Origin: Polyangiaceae bacterium
GTDB taxonomy: Bacteria > Myxococcota_A > Polyangia > Polyangiales > Polyangiaceae
DNA length: 52,054 nt
Assembly: GCA_044222475.1 (NCBI GenBank)
Contig: JBGANF010000046.1
Span: 1 to 52,054 of the forward strand
Direction: 5' to 3'
The position numbers and the translations under genes were made by a program. This document shows, one piece after another, positions 27,863 to 38,765 of this stretch. The notes below the pieces were generated by a model. The model did no database searches, was not told where the DNA came from, and worked only from the letters and a program-made list of their open reading frames with translations. Each line of letters starts with the position of its first letter. The first letter of the stretch is position 1.

Positions 27863-30800
27863 GCGACCGCTCGGCCGAAGTGGCGGAGCTGCGACGTGCG
27901 ATCGAGCACGCGTCGCACTTCCTTCCCGCGCAAGCTCCGCTCGAGGTCTTCGTTCACCACAACACGCTCCACGCGTATCAGCACATGCCGTTCCACGAGG
28001 CCCTCGCGGCGGCGTTTCACCGCACCGCCGGGCGCGGATACCTCGACGAGGCCTACTACCGCGACTGCACGAAGAGCGGCCGCATCACCGACGCCGACAT
28101 CGATGCCGCGCTTCCGCGGTGGGTGCCCGATGGACTCCCCGAGCTTCCGTCGTCGCTCCCCACCCCGACCGAGCTCTGCCGCCTCGCGCTGATGCACGAC
28201 GTCGGACGCGAGACGCGCGCCGGCCTCGCGTGGGAGCTCGCCGAGCATCGGGCCGACACGCACTTCGCCGACGACGTGTCGCGCGTCGCGCGCAACCGCA
28301 TCGTGCGCGAGTCCGTCACCTGGCTCGAGCAGGAGCTCGCCGGGCCCGGACCCGAGACGGTGGCGCGGCTCCTCGTCGGTGACCCCACCGGCGCGCAGCG
28401 CCTGAGCGACGAGATCGAGGTGCGCTTCGGCCGGCGTCTCACGCGAAGCGGGATCGCCACGCTGCTGAAGAAGGACGACGAAGCCGCGGCGGTCAGCGCG
28501 TTGTGGCAGGCATCGAGACGCATCGCGGCGCGGCTCCAGCGCCGGCACGTGCCTCGACCGCGTCCAACCTTCCCAAGGGACGCCATCCTCTCTGCCGGCG
28601 GTGAAGATCCGAACGACTTCGTTCATCCGGTGCTCATCCTTCTTGCCGGCGCGTTCCTCGATCAAGGGCAAGCGCTGTGGTCGATGCCCGATCGCGAAGC
28701 GGGCTTCTTCGTTGCGTTCCGTCGCGTGCTCGGCGCGGGCCACGCCGTGCGTCCGTCGTGGCTCGCCGGCCTCGGCGCACGGTTGCGCGAGTGGGAGGCG
28801 AAGTCCATCTCGGCGGAGGAGGCGATCCTCGTCCTGCTCGACGAGCTCGGGATTCGCGCCGAGGATCGCGCGGCGTTCCTCGAGCTGAAGCTGCTGATGC
28901 TCCCCGGGTGGGCCGGGATGTTTCGTCACCTTGCGAACGCTCCGCCGCAGCCGGGTCCGTTCGCGCCGGTGCCGCGGCTCGTCGACTTTCTCGCCGTGCG
29001 GCTCTGCCTCGACGAGCTCGCGCTCGCCGAGGTCGCGCGTCGCATCGGTCACGAAGGGCCGCTCTCCGGCATCGTGGAGCACTGCGCGTCGCTCCCCCAT
29101 CTGACGAGAGACACGGTGGGGACCGACGAGCACTCCGCGTGGCCGCTCTTCCGCCTCGCGCAGTACGCCGGCCTCGCCGCGCCGGTGCTCCTCGGGCTCC
29201 CCGACGAGACCCTCCGGGAGATCCTCGACTTGGTCGAGCGCTTCGATCGGCGCGCGCACCTGCGCGTATGGGAAGAAGCGTTCGAGCGGCGCTATCGCGA
29301 GGATCTCCTCCACGGCATCGCGCAGGGCGGCGCACGGGCGGCCGCGCGCGCGAAGTCGCAAGTCGTCTTCTGCATCGACGATCGGAACGAGTCCATCCGC
29401 CGTCACATCGAGGAGCTCTCGCCCGAGCACCGAACGTTCGGCACGGCGGGGTTCTTCAACCTCGCGATCGCGTACCAGGGGATCGACGATCCCGCGACGT
29501 TCCCCCTGTGCCCGGTCGTCGTCACGCCGAAGCACCGCATCGAAGAAGAGCCGCTGTCCGAGCACGTGGAGCTCGCCGCCGCGCGCCGCCGGCGGAGGAT
29601 GTGGGTCGGCCGCGCGTCGTCGAGCTTCGGGTGGGCTTCGCGCTCGCTCCTGTTCGGGCCGCTGGTGATCTCGGTCGTCGGTTTCCTCACGACCCTTCCG
29701 CTGCTCGCGACGATCTTCGCTCCGTGGATCGCCGGTCGCCTGCGTCGCAAAGTGGAAGATCAGCTCTTCCCGGCTGTGCGCACGCGGCTCACGTCGCCGC
29801 GCGCGGGCGCCGACGCCGACGGTCAGTTGCACACCGGGTTCACGTTCGAGGAGAAAGCGGTCCGAGTCGGGACCCTCCTCGAGAACATCGGCCTCGTGAA
29901 GGACTTCGCGCCGATCATCGCGATCGTCGGTCACCACTCGTCGAGCGTGAACAACCCGCACTTCGCGGCCTACTCGTGCGGAGCGTGCGGTGGGCGCAGC
30001 GGCGGCCCGAACGCGCGTCTCTTCGCCCGCATGGCGAACCGGAAAGAGGTGCGCGACGTCCTCCGTACGCGCGGGATCGACATCCCCGACGCGACGGTGT
30101 TCGTGGGCGGAGTCCACGATACGTCGACCGATCGGATCACGTTCTACGACACGGATCTGCTCACCCCCGCAGCGGCGGTCGAGCTGGCGAACCTCGAGCG
30201 CACCCTCGACGAGGCGTGTCTGCACAACGCCCACGAACGGTGCCGCCGCTTCACGTCCGCTCCGCGCAAGGCGAGCGAGGTGGAGGCGGCGCGCCACGTG
30301 GAGGCGCGCGCGTGGGATCTGAGTCAGGCGCGACCGGAGCTCGGTCACGCGACGAACGCGTCGTGCATCGTCGGTCGTCGGCGATGGACGCGAGGGCTCT
30401 TCCTCGACCGACGCGCGTTCCTCGTCTCGTACGATCCGACCATCGACGCGAGCGGCGAGATCCTCGAGCGTACGCTGCTCGCGGTCGGGCCGGTGTGCGC
30501 CGGGATCAACCTCGAGTACTACTTCTCCGCGACCGACGGAGAGCGCTTCGGCGCGGGGACCAAGCTGCCCCACAACGTGACCGGTCTCATCGGCGTCATG
30601 AACGGCGCGTCGAGCGATCTGCGCACCGGTCTTCCGAAGCAGATGGTCGAGGTGCACGAGCCGATGAGGCTCCAGCTCGTCCTCGAGACGACCCGCGAGA
30701 CGATCACGGCGATCATGGATCGCCAGCCCCCGATCGCCGAGCTCGTGAAGAACGAGTGGGTGCGGCTCGTCGTCTTCGAGTCGGACGCTTCGGCGCTCTT

Positions 30801-30963
30801 CGTGTACGACGCGGTCGCAGCCACGTTCGTCCGGTGGGAGGGCGCGGCGACGCCTCTCCCGGCGGCTCAACGATCGGCGGACTGGTACGAGGGGAAGGAC
30901 GATCTGCTTCCGCCCGCGCGGATCGCGGCGTCCGGCGCCACTGGAGACTCCCATGTGGCGTGA
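27859..30963 (+). CDS. dabA: DabA/MpsB-like (DUF2309) inorganic carbon transporter subunit
   Basis: LPAQAPLEVFVHHNTL, VFCIDDRNESIRRHIE, VGHHSSSVNNPH..AYSCGACGG, RPELGH, GINLEYYFS, DLRTGLPKQMV..HEPMRL. Confidence 0.92.
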   Translation: MSDRSAEVAELRRAIEHASHFLPAQAPLEVFVHHNTLHAYQHMPFHEALAAAFHRTAGRGYLDEAYYRDCTKSGRITDADIDAALPRWVPDGLPELPSSLPTPTELCRLALMHDVGRETRAGLAWELAEHRADTHFADDVSRVARNRIVRESVTWLEQELAGPGPETVARLLVGDPTGAQRLSDEIEVRFGRRLTRSGIATLLKKDDEAAAVSALWQASRRIAARLQRRHVPRPRPTFPRDAILSAGGEDPNDFVHPVLILLAGAFLDQGQALWSMPDREAGFFVAFRRVLGAGHAVRPSWLAGLGARLREWEAKSISAEEAILVLLDELGIRAEDRAAFLELKLLMLPGWAGMFRHLANAPPQPGPFAPVPRLVDFLAVRLCLDELALAEVARRIGHEGPLSGIVEHCASLPHLTRDTVGTDEHSAWPLFRLAQYAGLAAPVLLGLPDETLREILDLVERFDRRAHLRVWEEAFERRYREDLLHGIAQGGARAAARAKSQVVFCIDDRNESIRRHIEELSPEHRTFGTAGFFNLAIAYQGIDDPATFPLCPVVVTPKHRIEEEPLSEHVELAAARRRRRMWVGRASSSFGWASRSLLFGPLVISVVGFLTTLPLLATIFAPWIAGRLRRKVEDQLFPAVRTRLTSPRAGADADGQLHTGFTFEEKAVRVGTLLENIGLVKDFAPIIAIVGHHSSSVNNPHFAAYSCGACGGRSGGPNARLFARMANRKEVRDVLRTRGIDIPDATVFVGGVHDTSTDRITFYDTDLLTPAAAVELANLERTLDEACLHNAHERCRRFTSAPRKASEVEAARHVEARAWDLSQARPELGHATNASCIVGRRRWTRGLFLDRRAFLVSYDPTIDASGEILERTLLAVGPVCAGINLEYYFSATDGERFGAGTKLPHNVTGLIGVMNGASSDLRTGLPKQMVEVHEPMRLQLVLETTRETITAIMDRQPPIAELVKNEWVRLVVFESDASALFVYDAVAATFVRWEGAATPLPAAQRSADWYEGKDDLLPPARIAASGATGDSHVA

Positions 30964-32329
30964 CGTCGTCATCGGGTTGACTCCGGCGTGGCCTGCCGCG
31001 GGTGCGATGGTCGTCGGCGGGCTGTCGCTCCGAGGGCGCGCCCTCCGCGAGACGACCGTGGTCCGCATCGCGACCGCGGCGCTCATGCTCTCCCTCCTCT
31101 CGGTCGTGTTCGCCTGCGGCGCGTTCGTCTTCCGCGGCTTCGATCCGGTGGACGTTCGGCTCGGTCACTGGTTCCGTGCCGGAGACTATGGGTTCGAGCT
31201 CGCGTTCTTCGTCGATGGCTCGTCGGCGTCGGTGAGCCTCCTCGCGTCCATCCTCCTCCTCGCGACGTCGAAGTTCTCGAGCAACTACCTCCACCGTGAG
31301 CCGGGCTTCACGCGCTTCTTCGCGCTCACGCTCGTCTTCGGCGCAGGCATCCAGCTCGTGGCGATCGGCGGGAGCATCGAGCTCGTGTTCGCAGGGTGGG
31401 AGCTCGTCGGGATCGCGTCGGTGCTGCTGGTCGGCTTCTTCCACGAACGGGCAGAGCCGACACGAGCCGCGATTCGCGTGCTCGTCACCTACCGCATGTG
31501 CGACGTCGGGCTCGTCGTCGCTGCCGTTCTCCTCCATCAATGGCGCCACACGACGTTGCTCGCGGAGTTGTTCCGGGAGGGGGCGCACGTGGCACCGACC
31601 GGCGACGCCGCCGAGCGGGCGGCCGGCGCCGTCATCGCGATCGCGATCCTGATCGCGGCGATGGGAAAGTCGGCCATGTTCCCGGTGGGCGGCTGGCTTC
31701 CGCGGGCGATGGAGGGACCGACGGCGTCGAGTGCGGTCTTCTACGGCGGCCTCTCGGTGCACGCGGGGGTCTTCCTCCTCGCGCGCATGTCGCCGCTGTA
31801 CGCGAACGACCTCGGCGCGCGGCTCGCGATCGTCGCGGTAGGCGCGACGACCGCGGCGTTCGCGGCGTTCAGCGGGCAGGTGAGCCCGGACGCGAAGTCC
31901 GCCCTCTCGTACGCGACGATCGCGCAGGTCGGGCTCATGTTCGTCGAGTGCGGGCTCGGCTTTCCCCGGCTCGCGCTCGTGCACCTCGTCGCGCACGCGC
32001 TCCTCCGGTACTACCAGTTCCTGCGGACGCCATCCGTGCTCCAAGATGCGCTCGACCGGCGCTCGGTGGTCGGTGCCACCCAAGGCGACGAGAACGCGCG
32101 CCGCTGGGAGATCCTCGGGATCGGTCTGCGGCGTTTCCTGTATCGGCTCGCGATCGAGCGCTTCGAGGTCGAAGCCACTCTCGAGCGGTGGATCGTTCGC
32201 CCGGCGCTCACCGTCGCGCGCGCGTGCGACGGACTCGAGCGGGCGATGTTCGAACCGCGCACGCCGCCGGACAGCAAGCCGCCGTCTTCGCGTGACGAGT
32301 CGCGCCTCGTCCCGCGGGAGGATCCCTGA
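30953..32329 (+). CDS. dabB: DabB/MpsA-like NuoL (ND5)-family membrane subunit
   Basis: FAGWELVGIASVLLVGFF, GKSAMFPVGGWLPRAMEGPTASSA; overlaps the dabA stop. Confidence 0.88.
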   Translation: MWRDVVIGLTPAWPAAGAMVVGGLSLRGRALRETTVVRIATAALMLSLLSVVFACGAFVFRGFDPVDVRLGHWFRAGDYGFELAFFVDGSSASVSLLASILLLATSKFSSNYLHREPGFTRFFALTLVFGAGIQLVAIGGSIELVFAGWELVGIASVLLVGFFHERAEPTRAAIRVLVTYRMCDVGLVVAAVLLHQWRHTTLLAELFREGAHVAPTGDAAERAAGAVIAIAILIAAMGKSAMFPVGGWLPRAMEGPTASSAVFYGGLSVHAGVFLLARMSPLYANDLGARLAIVAVGATTAAFAAFSGQVSPDAKSALSYATIAQVGLMFVECGLGFPRLALVHLVAHALLRYYQFLRTPSVLQDALDRRSVVGATQGDENARRWEILGIGLRRFLYRLAIERFEVEATLERWIVRPALTVARACDGLERAMFEPRTPPDSKPPSSRDESRLVPREDP

Positions 32330-33750
32330 TGAAGACGATCCTCCTCGCGGCGATCGCGATCCTTCCGCTCGCCGGTGCGCTCCTCACCGTCGCGACGCGG
32401 ACGGCGCGCGCGGCATGGCGCATCGCGATCGTGTGCTCGGTGATCGTGCTTCCGCTCGCGTTCGGCGTGTTCGCGACGACGGGATCGAAGATGCTCGGAC
32501 CGGCGGGGTGGGGCTTCGGGATCGACGGGCTGAGCGCGGTGCTCCTTCCGCTCGTCGCCGGGCTCTCGACGTGCGTCCTCGTCGCGTCGCCGCGCGCGGA
32601 TCTCGATCGGCGGACGATCGTCGGGCTCCTCGCGGTCGAGAGCGGGACGCTCGGCGCGCTCGTCTCGACGAACGTGCTCCTGTTGACCGGCTTCTGGGCG
32701 CTGTGTTTCGCGCCGCTCGGGATCGAAGCGTACCGCTCGGGCGATCGCGTGCTCGGTCGCGCGTTTCGGTTCTCGATCGTTGCGGCGGTCGTCCCGCTCG
32801 TGGTCGCGATGGGCGCGGCGTCGTGGCTCGGTTTCCGCGCTGGCGTGGCGAAGCCCTTCGACGTGGGTGCGCTCGTCGAGTCCGACGTCTTCGCCGGGAG
32901 GCACCCGTGGGTCGGCGGTCTCGTGCTCGTCGCCGGCGCGGCGCGGATGGGCGTCTTTCCGCTTCATCTGTGGGTCCCGGTCGTCATGGAGCGAGGTCGC
33001 CCTCCGTGGGCGATCCCCCTGGTGATCTCGCCGCTGGGATCGTTCGCGATCGTGCGCCTCGGGTTGTCCCTGTCGCCGACGGTGTTCGCTCGCGCGCTCC
33101 CTGCGATCGTCGCGCTGGGCGCGCTGTCGGCGGCCTACGGCGCGCTGCTCGCGATGGGGCAGCACGACGCACGGCGAATGCTCGGCTACGTGTGGGTCTC
33201 GCTCGTGGGCTTCGTGCTCGTCGGGTTTGCGTCGCTCGACGTGCGCGGCATGAGCGGCGCGCTCTTCCACGCGTTCGCGACGGCGATCGCGATGACGGGG
33301 CTTGCGCTCGTCGTTCGTTCGGTCGAGGCGCGCACGGGAACGGCCGACATGCGCCGGCTCGGGAGCCTCGCGCGGCGGACGCCGCGGATCGCGGTCGCGT
33401 ACTTCTTGCTTTCGCTCGCGACGGTCGGCTTCCCCGGCGGAGCGACGTTCGTGAGCGAGGACCTCGTGATCCACGGGCTCGTCCGCGGTCATGCGGTGGT
33501 CGCGACGGCGCTGCTCGTCGCGACGGCGCTCAACGGGGTCACGCTCATCCGCGGGTACAAGCGGATCTTCCTCGGGCCGACGTCGGTGCACGCCCCGTCG
33601 AACTTCGCGCGAGTCGACGACATGTTGCCGCGAGAGCGTTGGGTCTCGCTTCTCCTGGTGATCGCGATGCTGGTGGGAGGCCTTCTGCCGACGCCCTTAC
33701 TCGCCGTGCGCGAAGTCGTCGTGTCGTCCCTCCATCAGTCGTCCCCCTGA
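32329..33750 (+). CDS. NuoM (ND4)/MrpD-like proton-translocating membrane subunit
   Basis: GIDGLS, RMGVFPLHLWVP, DARRMLGY, GFPGGATFVSEDL. Confidence 0.82.
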   Translation: MKTILLAAIAILPLAGALLTVATRTARAAWRIAIVCSVIVLPLAFGVFATTGSKMLGPAGWGFGIDGLSAVLLPLVAGLSTCVLVASPRADLDRRTIVGLLAVESGTLGALVSTNVLLLTGFWALCFAPLGIEAYRSGDRVLGRAFRFSIVAAVVPLVVAMGAASWLGFRAGVAKPFDVGALVESDVFAGRHPWVGGLVLVAGAARMGVFPLHLWVPVVMERGRPPWAIPLVISPLGSFAIVRLGLSLSPTVFARALPAIVALGALSAAYGALLAMGQHDARRMLGYVWVSLVGFVLVGFASLDVRGMSGALFHAFATAIAMTGLALVVRSVEARTGTADMRRLGSLARRTPRIAVAYFLLSLATVGFPGGATFVSEDLVIHGLVRGHAVVATALLVATALNGVTLIRGYKRIFLGPTSVHAPSNFARVDDMLPRERWVSLLLVIAMLVGGLLPTPLLAVREVVVSSLHQSSP

Positions 33751-33751
33751 G

Positions 33752-33858
33752 GAGAGAACCGCCAGGGCGCCAGGGCGCCAGGGGCTGGAACATTGGAGGC
33801 AGGCCCCCTCTTCATGGGTTTCGGCACCTGGCGCGCGTGGCGTCCTGGCGGTTCTCTC
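33752..33858. repeat. REP-like long palindrome with tandem CGCCAGGG units
   Basis: GAGAGAACCGCCAGGGCGCCA (33752-33772) pairs with TGGCGTCCTGGCGGTTCTCTC (33838-33858); T-rich tract follows. Confidence 0.7.
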
Positions 33859-33903
33859 TTTCTCTTTTGCGGGTGCCGACGATTCGGACCATGATTCCAC
33901 TCG

Positions 33904-34901
<998 letters not shown>

Positions 34902-34905
<4 letters not shown>

Positions 34906-35414
34906 AACCGGAACACCGGACCGATGAACGTGCCGACCTCGGGGCGGATCCCGCGCCGCGCGATCAAGTTTCCGTTCAGCTCGATCATCAGCCCCCAGTG
35001 GTGCGCGAACCACAGGTCGACGCCGAGCGCTATCGAACCGCCGACCCAGAGCTTCGCCACGCCGTTCTGGATCTCCGGTACCACCGTGGGACCGAGGTTG
35101 ACGTACGGGTGAACGACGCGGCTGAGCACGGCGTCTGCCTTGATCACGAGGTCGATCGGAAATGAGAGATCGTGTGCCCCGAAGAGGGCGTGGCTCACGA
35201 TCTCGAACGAGAACAGGTGAGGAACGAAGTACGCCGAGAACGACGCGCCGACTCCACCGAGGTGATGCACGCTCCCTTCCTGGACCGCGACGAGGTAGGC
35301 ACCACCCCACGACAGCTCGATCGGGTCGTTGATGTCCGGGTCAGCCGCTTTGGCGTGGCCCGCGACCAGAAGCGAAGCCACGAGCGGGGCAAAAACTGCC
35401 AGGGCGCGACACAT
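34902..35414 (-). CDS. Secreted hypothetical protein, possible small outer-membrane beta-barrel
   Basis: Signal peptide (AKA-ADP), alternating hydrophobic strands, terminal Phe (PVFRF). Confidence 0.6.
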
Positions 35415-35437
35415 CGCCCCGGGGACGGTACCACTCG

Positions 35438-37321
35438 CTACTCGATCACGTCCAAGTCACGCATCGCACGAACACGGCTGCCATCGACGGAGGCCTCGAA
35501 GGTGACGTCCCAGCTGCCGACCGCCGGGGCGGTGAGGGTGGCCTTGACGTTGGCCGGATCGGTCGAGTCGATCGTGACGTCGGGGCCGCCGGTGGTCTGC
35601 CCGTTCGGGAACACGGTCAGCTTGATGCCGGTCACCTTCGCCTTGGCTCCGGCGGAGCCGAAGACGATCCGGCACTTCATCTCGACCTTGGTGCCCGTCT
35701 TCGCCACCGGAGGCGAGTCGAACACGAGACGAGGCGTTCCACTGAAGAGCCCGGTTCCGGCGGAGATCGCCGCGAGATCGTCCTCCGCTCGGGCCTTCGT
35801 GAAGCGCGCCGAGTTGTCGGTCGGATCGAGCCGGTACGCCCCCTCGGCAAGGTAGCGCGCCCCGACGAGATCGCCCGACTCGTGAGCGGCCATCGCCATC
35901 GTGATCATCTCGTGCTCGGCCTCGGAGCGGATCTGTTGGAGCTCGCCGTCGTTCGGCCACCTCACGAGGCCGGCCTTCACGAGCTCGTCGACGTTGTCGC
36001 CGGGGGGTTCGACGTAGTGGCCATCGGCGAGCACGCGCCGGCAGTGCTCCACGTAGTCCGCGCGCTCCTGATCGACGCGATGCAGCCGCGACACGATCAG
36101 CGCGCTCAGCACGACGCCGATCACGAACGCGATCGCGACGCCGACCCACGGGCGCGCGCGCTTCCCGGTTTTTGACGACGGAACCGGAGGCGCAATGGGC
36201 TTTTCTGGAGGCGCACTCTCGTCGTGAATGGTCGGCGCGAGCGCGACCGGTGAGGCCGGGGCGAGCGCGACCGGTGAGGATGGTGCGAGTGGCACCGGGG
36301 TTTTCGGTGGAGCGCTGTGGCGCGCGACGACGTGGGCCTCGGTGACCGACACGTGGGCTTCACGCGCGGCCTTCGAGAGCTCCGCCGCGAACGCGCGCGC
36401 GTTCGGTGCGCGCTTCTCCGGCTCCTTGGCCAGGTTCACCATCACGACGCGCGCGATCGGCTCGGGTACGTCGGGCACGAAGCTCGACAGGGGCGGCGGC
36501 GGCTCGTGCACGTGCTTCACGAGGAGGCCGATCGGCTGGTTCGCGTCGAACGGCGTGCGGCCCGCGAGCATTTGATAGAACATCGTCGCGATCGCGTAGA
36601 CGTCGCCCGGCGGCCCGACCGGCGCACCGATCGCGCCCTCGGGCGAGATGTAGCGGGCCGTCCCCATCACGCGGCCGGCGACCGTCTCCATCGATTGATC
36701 GCCGATCTCGACCCGCGCGATCCCGAAGTCGAGGACCTTCACCCAGTCGGCGACGTCGGCGCGACGTACGAGCATCACGTTCTCGGGTTTGAGATCACGG
36801 TGCACGATCCCGAGCGCGTGCCCCTCGCCGACGGCGTCGGCGAGCTGCAGCGTGATCCCGAGCGCGCGCGGAAGCGGGAACGCGCCGCCGGCCGCCGCCA
36901 GCGCCGACGCGAGCGACGCGCCGTCGAGAAACTCCATCACGATGTAGAGCGATCGATCGGGGAGCTCACCGACGAGGTGCACGTCGACGACGTGCGGGTG
37001 TTGGAGGCGGCTCGCGATCTTCGCCTCGCGATGGAACCGACGAACGAGCGAGTCGTTGCTCGAGAGCTCGCGATGGAGAACCTTCACCGCGACGTCGCGA
37101 TCGATGCTGCGCTGGTGCGCGCGGTACACCGTGCCCATCGCGCCGACGCCGGCGATGCTCTTGAGCTCGATGTCCCCCGAGACCGTCGTCCCGAGGTAGG
37201 GGTCCGGAGCGTCGACGGCTTCCAGCGCCGCCCCGTCCTTCGGACAAAAGACCGCCGTGGACTCATAGACGCTGGCGCACTTTGGGCAGCGCTTGGTCAG
37301 TTGGGGGGCGGCGGAGGACAT
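35438..37321 (-). CDS. Ser/Thr protein kinase with N-terminal Zn ribbon, TM helix and extracytoplasmic domain
   Basis: CPKC...FCPKDG, GVGAMG, VAVK, HRDLKPEN, DFG, YISPE. Confidence 0.93.
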   Translation of the reverse strand: MSSAAPQLTKRCPKCASVYESTAVFCPKDGAALEAVDAPDPYLGTTVSGDIELKSIAGVGAMGTVYRAHQRSIDRDVAVKVLHRELSSNDSLVRRFHREAKIASRLQHPHVVDVHLVGELPDRSLYIVMEFLDGASLASALAAAGGAFPLPRALGITLQLADAVGEGHALGIVHRDLKPENVMLVRRADVADWVKVLDFGIARVEIGDQSMETVAGRVMGTARYISPEGAIGAPVGPPGDVYAIATMFYQMLAGRTPFDANQPIGLLVKHVHEPPPPLSSFVPDVPEPIARVVMVNLAKEPEKRAPNARAFAAELSKAAREAHVSVTEAHVVARHSAPPKTPVPLAPSSPVALAPASPVALAPTIHDESAPPEKPIAPPVPSSKTGKRARPWVGVAIAFVIGVVLSALIVSRLHRVDQERADYVEHCRRVLADGHYVEPPGDNVDELVKAGLVRWPNDGELQQIRSEAEHEMITMAMAAHESGDLVGARYLAEGAYRLDPTDNSARFTKARAEDDLAAISAGTGLFSGTPRLVFDSPPVAKTGTKVEMKCRIVFGSAGAKAKVTGIKLTVFPNGQTTGGPDVTIDSTDPANVKATLTAPAVGSWDVTFEASVDGSRVRAMRDLDVIE

Positions 37322-37406
37322 CGGAGGCGGGTGAGGTTGAATGTGGGAGGATAGCCGAGCGACAGAAGACGGACAGTCGATGCTAGAGTTCCTTATAGGA
37401 GGACGT

Positions 37407-38762
37407 ATGAAAGCTTACGCAATTCTCGGGGCAGTCTGCCTCGCGGGGATCGCTTCTGTCGCAGCTTGCGGGGGATCCGACGGTTCCAAGTTCGATCTCG
37501 ATGCCGGTAATACGAACGACACGAGCGTCGGTGACGACAACCCGATCATCATCGACAACGACAGCGGCGTCTCCGAGACCGGTGGACCGTGCAAGGGCCT
37601 CCAATGCCAGGTGGTGAGCTGCCCGAACAACGGGTCGACCACGATCACCGGCACCGTCGTGACGCCCGCGCTCACGAACCCCGATCCCGTCTACAACGCC
37701 ATCGTCTACGTCCCCAACGCTCCCGTCGCGCCGCTGAGCACCGGCGCCACCTGCGAGCAGTGCGGTGCGCCCGTCTCGGGTGAGCCGATCGCGATCGCGC
37801 AGACCAGCTTCGACGGCAAGTTCACGCTGAAGAACGTGCCCGTCGGCCAGAACATCCCGCTCGTCGTTCAGATCGGCAAGTGGCGGCGTCAGGTCGTGAT
37901 CCCGAACATCAACTCCTGCGTCGACAACCCCGTCGCCTCGACCGTCACGCGCCTCCCGCGCAACAAGACCGAAGGCGACATGCCGCAGATGGCGATCGTG
38001 TCCTCCACGTTCGATCGCACCGAGTGCATCTTGAAGAAGATGGGCGTCGACGACGCGGAGTTCACCGCCGAGACCGGCACGGGTCGCATCCACCTCTACA
38101 CCGGCAACGGAGCCTCGGTATCGCCTCCTGGCGGACCAGGTGCCAATCTCTGGTCCTCGCTCCAGCAGCTCAAGAAGTACGACGTCGTCGCCCTCCCGTG
38201 CTCCTCGTACCCCGCCGGTCAGACTGCGAACAGCCCGCTGTTCGACTATGCAAACCAGGGCGGTCGCCTCTATGTCACCGACCTCTCCTATCCCGTCATC
38301 CAAGCCGGCCCCGCGCCGTGGCCGACCACGGCGAACTGGGTCGGAGGAACTGGTGCAAATCCAGCATTCATCGACACGTCGTTTCCCAAAGGTGACGCGC
38401 TCGCGAATTGGCTCCAGACCATTGGCGCGACCACCACGAAGGGTTCGCTCAACCTCGTGGGCAAGTACGACCGCTTCAGCGGATCGGTCAAGCCGGCTCA
38501 GCGCTGGGTGTACTACAACCAGACCGACGAGCAGCTCTACGGGTTCAACACCCCGTTCAACCAGCCGCCGGCGAACCAGTGCGGCCGCGTCTTCTACGCG
38601 AGCTTCCACGTCGCCAGCGGATCGGGGACTTCGTTTCCCAGCGAATGCGGTAACGCGCCGCTCACCGCGCAGGAGAAGGTCCTCGAGTTCATGCTCCTCG
38701 ATCTCGCGTCGTGCGTGACCGACGACTCGAAGCCGCCGCCGCCGCCGCCCGGTCCGAACTGA
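37407..38762 (+). CDS. Secreted Cys-containing lipoprotein (myxobacterial type, carboxypeptidase-regulatory-like domain)
   Basis: AGGAGG SD; lipobox VAAC; DGKFTLKNVPVGQNIPLVVQIGKWRRQ; QEKVLEFMLLDLASC. Confidence 0.75.
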   Translation: MKAYAILGAVCLAGIASVAACGGSDGSKFDLDAGNTNDTSVGDDNPIIIDNDSGVSETGGPCKGLQCQVVSCPNNGSTTITGTVVTPALTNPDPVYNAIVYVPNAPVAPLSTGATCEQCGAPVSGEPIAIAQTSFDGKFTLKNVPVGQNIPLVVQIGKWRRQVVIPNINSCVDNPVASTVTRLPRNKTEGDMPQMAIVSSTFDRTECILKKMGVDDAEFTAETGTGRIHLYTGNGASVSPPGGPGANLWSSLQQLKKYDVVALPCSSYPAGQTANSPLFDYANQGGRLYVTDLSYPVIQAGPAPWPTTANWVGGTGANPAFIDTSFPKGDALANWLQTIGATTTKGSLNLVGKYDRFSGSVKPAQRWVYYNQTDEQLYGFNTPFNQPPANQCGRVFYASFHVASGSGTSFPSECGNAPLTAQEKVLEFMLLDLASCVTDDSKPPPPPPGPN

Positions 38763-38765
38763 TCG

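Noticed and set aside
30953..33750. Respiratory complex I (nuoL/nuoM) assignment
   Set aside because: No other nuo genes present, and direct coupling to DUF2309 indicates a DAB-type pump
36235..36280. Direct repeat GCGAGCGCGACCGGTGAGG
   Set aside because: Two copies encoding SPVALAP in the kinase linker; not CRISPR or a mobile-element end
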